The notes under the pieces are model-generated. The model searched no databases. It saw only the letters and a program-made list of their open reading frames with translations, and was not told the DNA's origin. Positions 33,736 through 45,260 of a stretch of 64,000 bases of DNA are shown in pieces. The position numbers were made by a program, and so were the translations under genes. The stretch spans positions 3,782,001 to 3,846,000 of the forward strand of contig OZ218950.1 in NCBI GenBank assembly GCA_965112735.1, in the 5' to 3' direction. The DNA is from Phaeosaccion multiseriatum (Eukaryota > Protista > Ochrophyta, other classes). Each line of letters begins with the position of its first letter. The first letter of the stretch is position 1.

Positions 33736-35712
33736 CCGCCAAAGGGCACTGCATACTGGCTGCTGCTGCTGCTGCTCTCGGCCAACAAGCGACAGGGGGG
33801 GGGGGAAGGAGAGGAGGATTAGCCCAGCCATGACACCCCACCACTCCGCCACTCTGATCCTTTACCCCGACACCGGCAAGGACGTCAGCCGCTAGGAGTA
33901 TCGCCTCAGCCACAGCCACCACCGCCAGCAGGAGGGCCTGCAGCAGCTGCTGTGCCGCCCCCACCACACGGCCACCAGCCAAGCCAACCACGACTCAGAC
34001 CCACCAGGCAGAGAGAGGCTTCCTCCCCCGGCGAGGCTGCTTTCTCAGGAATACTACGTTGCCTCCACCACGACGGCAGACGCGAGTGGCAACCAGCCAG
34101 GGAAGACGCGGAGGCAGTAGACTAGAGGGAGGGGGGATATGCACCAGCAGAGGCAGGGCGAGGCAGGGCAGAGGAGGAGGCAGAGGCAGCATTCTAGAAC
34201 GGAGGGCCGCACATGCTGCTGTGGAGAGAGCAACGGTCAGCAGGCTCAGTCCCGGTACAGCTGTATTACGGAGGACGACACGTGCTGTAGCGGTCCCGCA
34301 GAGGTCACGAGTCCGCAATAGCTCCAGTCCCACCACGACCCTGGACCACGGAGGACGGCACGTGCTGCAGCGCAGAGATCACGAGTCAGCAAGCTGCCTG
34401 AGTCCCGGTACTGCTCGAGCACGGAGGACGAGACGTGCTGTAGCGCAGCAGAGCAAAGGGTGATAGCTGCGAGCCTGCCTGGCTCGATGGTGTGGCTGGT
34501 CGGTGCTAACGACAATGTTCTTTCGGAGGAGGAGCGCGGCGTGCCAGTCCAGTGCCTGCACGCATTGCCGGCACCGTCGGGATGATGCCTCTCCAGTTCT
34601 AGCAGCAGCAAGCGGCTACAGATCATTGGTTAGCTCAGTAGCTTCAGTTCCTTATGTAAACTTACGTAAATATGTACCTATTGCCTGCGTTTGGCTGTGT
34701 ATAGGCCGCGTTGTTGGCCCTGCAGTGGCTGTCTTAAAACATAGGCTCCACAAGAAATACTACCACAGCTTGCCTGACGCAGTTACGGGAGAACCTCCCC
34801 TATCACGCTCTTCTTGTATAACTTACTGCTCAGCTCACTTCCCCCCTTGCCCGCCGCTCCCCCCGTTCGGACAGCGGCACATCGGACGGGGATAGAGTGG
34901 TTGATTGCCTTCCCCTCCTGCTCCTTCTCGTCCGCTGTGAGGGGTGTCACGCCAGCGCGCTGCCCGTGTCCAATCCATCTAAAGGCAGGCATACCATCCA
35001 TGCCAAGGTAGGTATTCTACTCTCCGTCGTCGAAGCTGAAGCCCATGGCCTGCAAGGAGGGAGTAGTCGACGCACACACGTCTCTTGTGCACAACAAGCC
35101 TCTTGGGTTTCCGCGTCGACGCCATATGTGAGGCCGGTGCCTTCCTCCTCTTTTAAAAATGGAGGGAGGTACCGGCCCCACACTACTGAGCAGCTGCGGC
35201 CCGAAGGAAGCCACCTCGGGAGGTGCGCTGCCGATCACTTCCAAAGGAGTGTCTGCAAGGTCGTTTAGCCAGGAGGGGCCCGTATCCTGTCCATCCTCTT
35301 CCAACCCTCGCCCCGATCTCAACCCCCGTATGCAGCGAGGTCGGTCCTCTGCCTTTTCGTCCTTCTCCAAGGCCTCACCCGGCACTGAGGGGTCATTCGC
35401 CCTCAATACCCCCCTTAGTCTGGAGGTCCCTACCTCCTCCGCCGCTTGACCATCTGCGGTCGCGAGGACTTGTTGTTCACCTTTCGTGACGACGGGCCAA
35501 GGATATGGAGGGTTGGGCAGGAAAGGGCTGAGCGACGGGCTTTTTGATGGCGCCAGCAGGCATGGCGGGCGCAGACTGGGATAGGGCCAGGGAACGAGGG
35601 GCGGAGGGAAGGGAGAAAGGCACAGTGGGGTCCGCTTCGCCCCGTCGAATCACTTCTTACGCCCCATGCCTCTTGTCCCAAGCAATCCCTCCTTTTTTTT
35701 TGCCTCCCCCCC

Positions 35713-36235
35713 GCCCCAGCTTCTTGGACCCTGAGCCTCTGTGGCCTTCGCGTGGGTTATGGGTTTGAGTGCTCTCGCTCCCCAACCATTCCATACTTCA
35801 GCCTGCTCACCTCATGTTTTTCCTGCGGCCCGCCCGTCGGCCTTATTTAACCCTGCGTGGGGCAGCGGGATAGGAGGTCAGCTTAGCACTGGATAAACAT
35901 TACGCCAGGCAGGCACCCTGCTCGTGGTCGCCCTCTTCCCTCTTACCTCTTGCCCAGCCATGGCTGGCTGGACGGACGAGGTCCAGACACGTTCCCTCTC
36001 TCTGCTGTCGAGCTTCTCCGGTCCGCCCTCTCCGTCCTCTCCGCCGCCCCTGCCCTCCGCCCTGCCTCTTGCCTCTTTACTTTGCGGCAAAAAGAAAGAC
36101 GACAGAAAAAAGAGTAACGGCAAAAACCCCGTTAAGAGTAAAACCTCTCCCTACCATACCACATAAAGATGTCTATATACTGTCGCTTCCATGAACGCCA
36201 CCTAAAATCCCCGTCGCCGCTGTTTGCTGTCGCCA
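35713..36235 (+). repeat. Diverged direct repeat, copy 2
   Basis: Same ordered blocks as copy 1 at 22900-23525. Confidence 0.85.
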
Positions 36236-37523
36236 AAGTTGGCAACGGCAACGGAGTAGACGGTATCGTCCAAGCCCCTCCACAGAAAGGTGTCTAAGAG
36301 CGCCTCAAGCTCATCACCATCTTTCGGCCGGGACCGCAGGGCACAACCATGAGCGAAATCTCCAGGTCTGGCTCATTCTGAGCACAGGCACACCGCAGCA
36401 CTACGGCCTTTCGGCGGGCGGGGAGCGACATCATCCTGATAGATGTCACAGACTCTCTCTTTGGGAGCGGAAAGGGGCTGATGCTTCTCACGACCCAAAG
36501 TGGAACAGGGTGGTGAGTGAATGAATGAATGGCTGAGTGAGTCATTGATTGTGTGAGTGAGGAAGAGACGAGAGACTCATCATTCCTTGCTCCGCCCATC
36601 CTCTCCCTCCCTGTAGACAGCTCGGCGCAGACGGTTTCTACGTCTCCGCTAAGCCGGCAAGCGCGCGCGCTGGGCAAGGCGCTGTGTAACCTTGGGATGG
36701 GCTTACTCAAGTGTAATCTCGATGCACAGCGCTACTTGCAAGCCTCGGTTCACGGGGCAGCGGACTTCTTGTTCGTCTTCGCCTTCGTCTTCTCTGCCTT
36801 CTTCTCCCCTGCCTGCTGCTGCTTCTGCCACTGCGACTTTGGCGGCAGCGCTCAGACTGCAGGTTAGCGACCATCCTTTTTTACCTCTGCCTTTCGTTGC
36901 CATCCCATCCCTTCCTGCCCTGCCTTCCTCACCCAAGTCTCGGGGAGGACAGAGGGACGGTGGGGGACCCACGGAAGTTGGGAATGGACCTTGAGATATC
37001 AAGTCCCTTCTCTCGTATCTGTACTACAGTATCCGTCCTCTCATTGTCTCCTCCATCTCTAGGGCCTCCATGAGGCAGGGACATGAGCACTTCGAAGATT
37101 CAAGTGAGTGTTGTGTAGTGGGTGTGTCTCATAGACGCACACACAAGACATACGCATTGGGCAAAGAGCGAGAGGCGCTTCAAAGAGAGCTCGACAACAG
37201 CTGCGGATGTAGAGGGAGGAGGGAGGAAGGGCAATTTGCATGGGAGAGCTATCCAATTGCGGTGGGGTGACATAGTGAAGGGCCCTTACTACAGCACTCG
37301 TGGCCCTGAGTCACACTTCTCTCCCCTTCTCTCACAGAACATGAAGCCGCGGGCCTCCAGAGACGACGTGTGCGCACAATGAAGCAGGTAAGAGCCCATC
37401 TGGCGAGGGGGGGTGTAGGGAGCCTTTGCTCTTGCGTTGCCTGCTTGGCCTTGCATTCAAAGGCGTTAGTGGACGCCATCAATGTCCACCCCTGGGCACC
37501 AGGTCAGTCAGTCAGGGTCTCCC

Positions 37524-38651
37524 AACCAGGGAATGAGAATGAGTGAGAAGGTGGGCGACAAAGGGGACTACAAGACAAATGGTGAGCGAGGGAGGGAGTA
37601 GCGAAGTGATGGGTGGGTGAGAGAGTTGTATTTTGCGGCAGAGAGGAAGTGAGTGAATGAGTGGGCGATTCGTTTGGGGAGAGACGGCGTGCGTGCGCGC
37701 GCGATTGTGAAGGAGAGGTGAGAACGGGAGGGAGCTCCCGTTCTCAATCCCTCGCTTGCATACTCACTCACTCACGACCGTATTCACTCACTCGCTCCGT
37801 CACTCTCACCCACTCGCTACTTCACCCACACACACTCCCTCACTCCATCCCTCTCTCCCTATGCATCAATCTCCCTCGACCTGTCTCTCCCTCCCTCCCG
37901 CTCCCCCCCTTACCCCCTCGCTGTCATTCTCTGTCCCAAACAAGCGCTATGGCGGGAGCTTCGCTTCAAGAGGCTGTGGGGGGGCATATCCTGCGCGGCG
38001 TTGCGCCAGTGCGTTATCGTACGCCGAGGAGACCCAGATATTCCCCGCCCCTCAACGACAAGCGCGAGCTGCTGCACCCGCCCTTCGCTCAAGTTGTTCT
38101 TCTCACCAGCCATCGACAAGGTAAGAGGGTAAGAGGCACTAAGAGGCACCCGTGGTGTCTGGCTGGGTGTGACCGTCCACTCCGTGAATGAGCGAGGTGG
38201 CGTGGTGATTGATGGAGAGCGCGTGCGAGTCGGCACATTCTTGGGGGGGGGGGCTGGTATGTGTGGGTGTGGCGAAGGTGCATTGCAAGGCAGGAGGCAG
38301 AGACGAACGGTTGAGGCTGCTTTGCTCTCGTTGTGGTGGGGCTACGGCGGGCGCAGGGGGGGGGGGCTTAGAACACCGCAAGCGGCACCAGACAGGCCAC
38401 GCTTGTGGCGAAGCCATACGATACGGATGGTGACAGCAATATACGCCTAATACAAGCCTTATCCAAGCCGTCTTGTATAAGTGTTATCCCAGCCATCGTG
38501 TAGAAGGCCTAAAGGTCTTGGGATAAGTCCTTATATACAGGACTTCATTTTTCTGATGCCCGCGGTTTGATCAAATAGCATATCAATGGCCCGCCTTTGA
38601 CTCTGGCGGATTGGTAGGGAGACAATGTGTTACCAGTAGTGCCATCTGCGG
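37524..38651 (-). repeat. Right arm of long diverged inverted repeat
   Basis: Reverse complement matches 21111-22111 plus 15800-15814. Confidence 0.92.
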
Positions 38652-38732
38652 TTGTTAGGGGGAGGCCTTCGTCGTGCCCGACTAACAGTCTCATTGCCCT
38701 ATTTACTGACTACCTCACTGACTGACTTGCAG

Positions 38733-39420
38733 GTGATTGCGAGTTCACATACATGGACCTGGGCGGTCTTGGAGCGGGCCCCGGGCGGACACGGCCCATG
38801 ACCCCAAGCAATGTTCTCTCTGAGCTCGCAGCTGCTCAGCCTCTCTCAGGTCAGTCAGTCAGGTAGTCCGTCGGTCAGTCGGTCAGTGAGGCAGTGAGTA
38901 AGTGGCTCAGTCAGTCGGTCAGTCAGTCAGTCAGTCAGTCAGTCGGTCAGTGAGACAGTCAGGCAGTCGGCCCGTGACTGAGTCAGACCCCCAATCTATG
39001 AGTCTCTGTCTCCTCCGTCTGCTGCCATCCTCTCTATCGGAGTCGAAACCATGTGTTTCCAAATTTGCTCGCCATCGCCACTGCCTATCCTACGTACTTA
39101 CGTACTCAGCTTATTCTGCCGTTTTCGAGACTGAATGACTCATAATCTTCTGTCCTCCTCCTCCCTCACGCCCTCCCTCACACACACACACACACACACA
39201 CACTCCTTTCTCTCTCAGTGACCAATGGATGTATGAATGGGATGTATGCATCAGATCCACCTTCTAGACTTGAAGGGCATTGCCCGAGCGTGTGCGTTCG
39301 CCCCCAACGGTAGCCAGATAGCCGTGGGCATGGGCGGAAGGGTGGGGCAGAAGAAGGCCAAGTGCGATGGAGTGGTACGCGTGTAGGGATCGTACGCGAT
39401 CTTAACCAACTCTCCTTGAT
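38733..39420 (+). pseudogene. Fragment of an EML (echinoderm microtubule-associated protein-like) WD40 gene
   Basis: DQWMYEWDV..(frameshift)..LLDLKGIARACAFAPNGSQIAVGMGGRVGQKKAKCDGVVRV* resembles an EML5/6 WD40 blade; frameshift and stops present. Confidence 0.45.
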
Positions 39421-40278
39421 TTACCAACTGCGACTGATCATACACACAAAAGGAGCGTCCCCCAAATGTCGACGATAATCCGGATTCCAACACGTGTACC
39501 ACCTTTGACACTCCACACACTGTGGAGAGCAGCACACGAGTCTGCCTCGTATCGCCGGGACGTATGGTCCAGCTATGGTGCTGCAAGAATGGACAACGCC
39601 GGGAGGTGTTGCGCCAAGTTCTTCGGCTCACTGCCCTCCTCGCTCTGTGGAGTCTCAAGGTGGTGCACATGTTGGAATCCGGTATCCGGTCTGTAGTCGT
39701 CATCTACAGTTGGCCTCTCTTGTATGCACGATCAGTCGCAGGTGATGAGGGGAGTTTCTAGGGAGGGAGGGGGGGTGGTGAGCCACCTAAGATGTGGGAC
39801 CAGCCACACGACCACCTTTGAGACTCCACAACTTCTGAGCCACCCAATGTGTGGAGTCGCCAACACACATAGAGGATAACCAACAGATGGGGGGGTGATC
39901 GTCCTTCTTTGATATTTACTGGAATGTCTACTTTCTCCCGGCTCAAGTGTCACCACCACCTCCTCCTCCTGCAGCTCCTGAGAATTCCGCGCCTAGTATT
40001 GAACAGCGAAACAGCTGTTCGTGTAGTCCTCCTGTTGGGAATGACGCACAGCATTTAAAATATGGAGAGCGAAGAGAGATGGGCCATCGATACGTGAGAA
40101 ATGCCAGCAAGCAAGCAAGCAAGGCGTCCCCTCCAACAACAGTGCCCTGTCGAAACACGGCGAAAACCACTGGCAATGTGCCATTGATAGCAAAGCCTTG
40201 TCCGCAGAGCGGGCACCTTGACTCGCGAATCAAACCCAGCCCCCCCCGCCCTTGTCACTCACTTCTCCTCCCCTTCAC

Positions 40279-41784
40279 TCAGCAGAGGTAGCTCTTGTGC
40301 ACGAGCATGAACTCATCCAGCTGCCGCCAAAACTCGGTGGTGGCGCTGCGGTCCAGGTGCCTCCGCTCCTTACTAATCTCGAGTACGCGCACATTCCACT
40401 GCGCCACGCGGGGGTCCAGCCCCGCATCATCGTTCTTGACGTGCACCCCGAGCACGTGCTGGAACAGAGTCACCGGCTGGTCCCACTGCCACCCTTTGAA
40501 CTGCCACGGCGCGCCCAGGACCACCACGCACACGACGCGGTCCCAGTCGCTCCTACCGAGTAGGCGCGGGTTGTCAATGACGTGGAAGGTCATGTCTCGG
40601 CCGTTGCCCATGGTGCGCGAAATCTCGAGATTGGCGGGCTTGCGGTCGCCCTTTGCTTCCTTGGCTGCGCTCCCTGCCACGTACTGACAGTCTTGCAGAA
40701 ACTCCTTGGCGTTGAACATGTTGAGCATTGCCGTATGCATGTTGGGTACGATGATGATGGGCGGCCCTTTGGCGGCGGCCTTCTTGCTCTTCTTGGCGTC
40801 CTTGCTCATGGCCTCACCTCTGCTGCCGCCACCGCTGCTGGAGCGATGACCCCCATGGCCGCTTCGGTCCCCCCGGTCTCCTCCGCCACTCCTGCTTCTC
40901 TTCTTGCCACCGTAGCTACCGTCCTCCTGGGCCCTCTCCTTCTCCTTCTCCTTCCTCCGCATCTCATTGTACGTCTCCAACACGAACTTGAACTCCTTCC
41001 CTTGTCTCCGGAGCGTGCTGTTTCTATCGTACACTCGGTCCTCCTGTGCCAGAATTTGTTGCACCAGCGCCTGATCCGCCCTCACAAAGGCAGGGTCCAT
41101 CACTCCGGTGCCGCCCGCTCCGGACCCCGTCCCCTCCACCCCTTCCACGGCCGCCTCGGCAATGGTCTGTCTCTTGTGCGACAAGCGCTTGGCTCGCAGC
41201 TCTAGCAGCTTGTCGCTGGACATGCCCTCCATCAACTCTCCCATGCCCTTGGCCTCTGTGGGAAGCTCCGCAGACAGACCTGCTCGCGCTCTACTGCCCG
41301 AGGCGGATTCCAGACGCTCCGCGTGGCGTTGCTTGGCCTCACGCAGCTGCTCCTCCGACATGCCTGTGGCGGCGCTTCCCCCCACGGATGCCCTCTCCTT
41401 GGCTGCCCCACGGTCATCGTACCGAGCGCTACTGCTCCCAGCTGCAGTGTCTAGGGTCGGTGGCAAGGCCCCCAGCTGGATTTGGTCGGAGCTATCCGAC
41501 TCTCCCTTGAGGTAGGCAATGAGCTCACGCCGCTCCACCGCAGATACATTCTGAATACCCAGACCACTCGCGATACGAATGTACTGTCCCACAGACTGGT
41601 TCTGATGGCTTAAAAACACCACTAGGGCACGCAGCGTAAACAGGTCCTTGCCCGCCGTCTTGGCCTGCCAAGCTGTTGGCGTGTCTCTGTGCATCCGCTG
41701 CTTGCCAAACACATAGTACTCGCCCTCCTCCTCGGGCATCTTGCCCTTCATATTCCACTCCCGAAGCAGCTTGAGCGCCTCCAT
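40279..41784 (-). CDS. CDC73: Parafibromin / Cdc73, PAF1 complex subunit (single exon)
   Basis: MEALKLLREW N-terminus, VSAVERRELIAYLKG, PIIIVP..MLNMFNAKEFLQD, DWDRVVCVVVLGAPWQFKGW, LEISKERRHLD..FW..LD. Confidence 0.95.
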   Translation of the reverse strand: MEALKLLREWNMKGKMPEEEGEYYVFGKQRMHRDTPTAWQAKTAGKDLFTLRALVVFLSHQNQSVGQYIRIASGLGIQNVSAVERRELIAYLKGESDSSDQIQLGALPPTLDTAAGSSSARYDDRGAAKERASVGGSAATGMSEEQLREAKQRHAERLESASGSRARAGLSAELPTEAKGMGELMEGMSSDKLLELRAKRLSHKRQTIAEAAVEGVEGTGSGAGGTGVMDPAFVRADQALVQQILAQEDRVYDRNSTLRRQGKEFKFVLETYNEMRRKEKEKERAQEDGSYGGKKRSRSGGGDRGDRSGHGGHRSSSGGGSRGEAMSKDAKKSKKAAAKGPPIIIVPNMHTAMLNMFNAKEFLQDCQYVAGSAAKEAKGDRKPANLEISRTMGNGRDMTFHVIDNPRLLGRSDWDRVVCVVVLGAPWQFKGWQWDQPVTLFQHVLGVHVKNDDAGLDPRVAQWNVRVLEISKERRHLDRSATTEFWRQLDEFMLVHKSYLC

Positions 41785-42732
41785 AGCTGCTGCGCCCTTC
41801 TGCCCCCAAGTGCAGCTTCTCCGAGGTGAAACAGATCAGTCAGCTGCGCAAACCAAAGGGAAAAGGGAAGCAGGCGGTGGCTTAGGGAATAATAGCGTTG
41901 CGGAGAGTTGCACGGGAGTGCGTACACCACGCACCAGCCACTTGCTCGACAAGCGCTCTGAACTCTGTATCTGCCAATGAGTTGCAGGGGCGGTGGCGTG
42001 TTGCTCTTTTACCTTCGCTTCCCTCCCTGCCCCGTCTCGCTGACTTACCGGTGTCCTTCGCTGTCACCCACTTACTGAAGGGCGTCGGCAGCTGAGGCTG
42101 CTGTACCCTTCACCTGCTGACTGGCTTGGTCTAAACGCTGCTGTTCTTTCAACTCTCTCGCTCTAGATCCTTTGTGCGATTGTTGGGCTTTTTGACACCC
42201 AACCAAGGTACTCTGTTCTTTTTTTTCCCATTTTCTAAATGCATGTAGATATGTAGATATATATAATATATATATAATCGCTGGGGAGGTTGTGCTTGCG
42301 GACTTGCGGCTTGCGGTTCGAGCCGCCCTGTCTGGGGAAAGAAAAAGCATCGAACGCGCCTTGTTGCCTCTCTCGCCCTCCCTCTCTCGTCCCGAGCCGC
42401 GTCCAATGGGTCCTGCTGCCCACCATCGACCGGGAGTCAAGGAGCCATGCAGCCCCGAGACGAAAGCGGCCAATTCCACACACACTACACTCTACACATA
42501 CGTACACACTTCGTTCTCTCTCTACGGTCCTACGGCAAGATGGGCTCCTCACCCCTCGGTCCCACGAGGGTCATAAAAGAAGATGCTACCCAGTGCAACG
42601 CCTCTGCTTCGCGCCCCTCCTCTATCTCCTCCTCTCTCCAGCTCCCCTCTATAATGAACAAGGAGCAACGCCAGCCCTCGCTCCTACCACCTCCTGCCCT
42701 CCCCTCTCGGCCTATATCTTCTCCCGTGTCAT

Positions 42733-44026
42733 TTAGTTCTCCTCCAAGGGTCGAATTGGCTTGGCGGTTTCCTTCCCTGCGGGGTCCGCTGGCGACCACG
42801 ACCCCATGTGCTTCTGCTTGTCGAATCGGCCGTCCTTCGGTAGGCTGGGGTGTCCCGGCTGCTTGTAGTACGCCTCTGGCTCCCCTGGCTTTTGGTAGAG
42901 GTTGCCCTTGTCGGCATAGCCAGAGGCGGGCCCCCGGGGCCTCCAAGTGGACTTGTTCATGACCACATCGATGGACTTGAGACCCACGTGTGTGGTGAAG
43001 GGGTTGTCGTGCTGGAAGGTCGTGGGTTTCAGCCTCTTGGGCATGAGCTGTTCTCAACGGGCAGGGGAGAGTGTGGAGGGGCAGGTTGAACAGGGCACAG
43101 GCGAAGAAGACGAGCGGGAGAGCAGCAGAGCAGAGGCAGCAGAGTAGACATCAGCGTCACTCCAACGAATAGAGTAGCTGGACAACAGCCCACAACTCGA
43201 TGACACTAGCGTGTGTCCAGCGGAATGCATCCCTCCCCCACTACATTACCTGTGTAGGGGGGTCGTCGTGCGAATGGTGTATCCAGCCGTGCCATTCTGC
43301 CGTGATGCTGCTCGAGTCGAAGTTGTGGTGGTCCTTGTACTCCACCCAACGCGTTTGCCCTTGTGGTAGACGACACGCACATCACACGGATGGGAATTGG
43401 GTTAGCTTGCAGAAGGCAGCGCCTGCAGAAGAGGAGCCTTCCTTCTCGAGTATAAAAGTCAGCGGTGCGGTGTCCACTCTAGGGCAGGGGGTTGTAAAGA
43501 GAGCCTAACTGCCATCTCCCTGAGAGGTTCGGCGGCCCTTGTTAAGAACGGCACCGCATTCTCTGCATGCATGCGAGACGCAACCCGAACATACTTCCCT
43601 TCGTTGCAGGACGGAGCGGCGGGGGCAAGAGCTTGCCGAGAACTGACCCTTCCCGCTCATGGGTGTTCAGTAGACATCCTCTCCGGCCGTGGCTGTCCTT
43701 GCGCCCCTCCCCATCCCCAATTTCCCTCTCCCCCTCCCCTCTCTTGCATTCTCTCTAAACCCCTCTGTGGTCCCGGCTCTTCCTTACCATGCGGGTAGTT
43801 GGTGTTCTCATAGTACTTGTTGCCATTGCTATCCTCCCCTTGATACTCCCCAAACTTAATCTCCCCCATCTGCGGAAAAGGCGAGGGAAAGGTCGAGACA
43901 GCTCTGTGAAGGAGCGAAAAAAGGAGAGCAGGCAGCTTTGGTAGGTCGACAGTCAGAGCACGGTCAGTAGCCACGGTAAAGCCATCCTAACTCTCATCAC
44001 TACCGAACGTTCAGCAGGCACACGTG

Positions 44027-44060
<34 letters not shown>

Positions 44061-44201
44061 CACAAAGCCTTCTCGCCTGGAAACAGACAAGGGCGGTGTG
44101 TTCGGGCTGCCGCGCCTTACCATGTACATCTTCCTGAGCGTCTCGCGTAATCCGAAGCGTTGCACGGCTTGCACATAGTGGCGCACTACCCCAACCACCA
44201 T
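42733..44201 (-). CDS. NDUFA12: NADH:ubiquinone oxidoreductase subunit NDUFA12 (4 exons, ~44121-44201, ~43789-43870, ~43250-43361, 42733-~43049)
   Basis: KFGEYQGEDSNGNKYYENTNYPHG-QTRWVEY..DSSSITAEWHGWIH...DDPPT signature. Confidence 0.92.
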
Positions 44202-44639
44202 GCTTACTCCAAGGTTAAGTTATAGCACTGCGTACACTCTGCACGAGAGCGAGAGTGGGTTTCCAAGTTGGGACTTCTTTTCTCGTATGTCAGGGATCGG
44301 ATCGGGCCCTTGTATGTCAATTAACCGCCCTGGATGTCAGTAGGACCGAAATTTTCTTGTCATTTTTTTCGATCGGCTGGGGCGCGTGAGGGAGGAGATG
44401 AATACTAGATACAAGGACTATCCCAGACGAAGCGCTTGCGTAAGCTTGAGGAAAACACAGTGAACTCGGGATTAGGCAGCTGAGAGCGTGCTCGCAGCAG
44501 CTTTGTGGCAAGAATTAGCGGGTGAGCGGCAAAGGTGCGTTTTTCGCCAACCTTGGTTTCGAGAGAGAGAGAGGACGGAGGGGGGTATACCCATAGAGAT
44601 CAGCCGTGGGCAAGATAGTATATCTTCTCCAGGAGTATG

Positions 44640-45260
44640 CGAAACTTTTCATATGCGTCGCATGCTCTTCCGCCTCCAGCTCGTCGGCACTTTTGCCCCT
44701 GAAGTTAGGGTACTCCACCTTCACAGTTGGATGTCCCTGAGACGTGGACACTGCTCTATTCTACCGATTTTCAGGGCCCATCAGGGCGTCATCTCGTCCG
44801 CAGGACACGTCTGATGACCCCCGTACCGCTGCTGTCCATGGGCGGAGGGCAAGAGGTCTATGGCAGGTCGTCACCCGAGGTGGCCGAAAAGGTGAGGGCG
44901 CACGAGAGGGGGAGAGGGCGTGAAATGGAAGGCTTCGCCTGGCAGTTACGAGCGGGGCAAGAGGGATCAACATCACTCATATATAGCCTGGCTTGTGACC
45001 AAGTTTTAGCTTCAAAGGTCATAATCCCATGTGCACAATCGCATACGTGTACTCCCCTCTCTTTTGCCTTTGAAGGGTCCTTTTTGTGAGGTCATGAGCA
45101 GCCGATCCCACGCCCTGTCAGAGCATCGGTCTTGCTTAAGGGGCGTAATACTAACTCCCCTGCCCCCTGTTATTGCGGGACGTGGGTGGTGGGGCTATCG
45201 GGGGGACTTCGACATCTTCTCCCGAGGTCACTGCACAGGTGGCGAAGTATGAGGGTGGAG
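44640..45260 (+). pseudogene. Possible TLDc-domain gene relic
   Basis: ETWTLLYSTDFQGPSGRHLVR and LRDVGGGAIGG resemble TLDc motifs (WxLLYS...HGxS; DxxGxVFGGF); no complete gene model could be built. Confidence 0.3.

Noticed and set aside
34500-37500. Additional intact genes in the right half of the island
   Set aside because: Only short coding-like fragments broken by stops, with no recognisable motifs.
21111-38638. TAC...GTA as the termini of the large inverted-repeat unit (IS3EU-like)
   Set aside because: The TA at 21111 is the pogo target duplication; arm homology continues at 15800-15814 / 38639-38651, and no 6-bp TSD is present.
15800-38651. Polinton/virophage or endogenous giant virus
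   Set aside because: No pPolB, packaging ATPase, capsid or integrase motifs were recognised, and the main gene is intron-rich.
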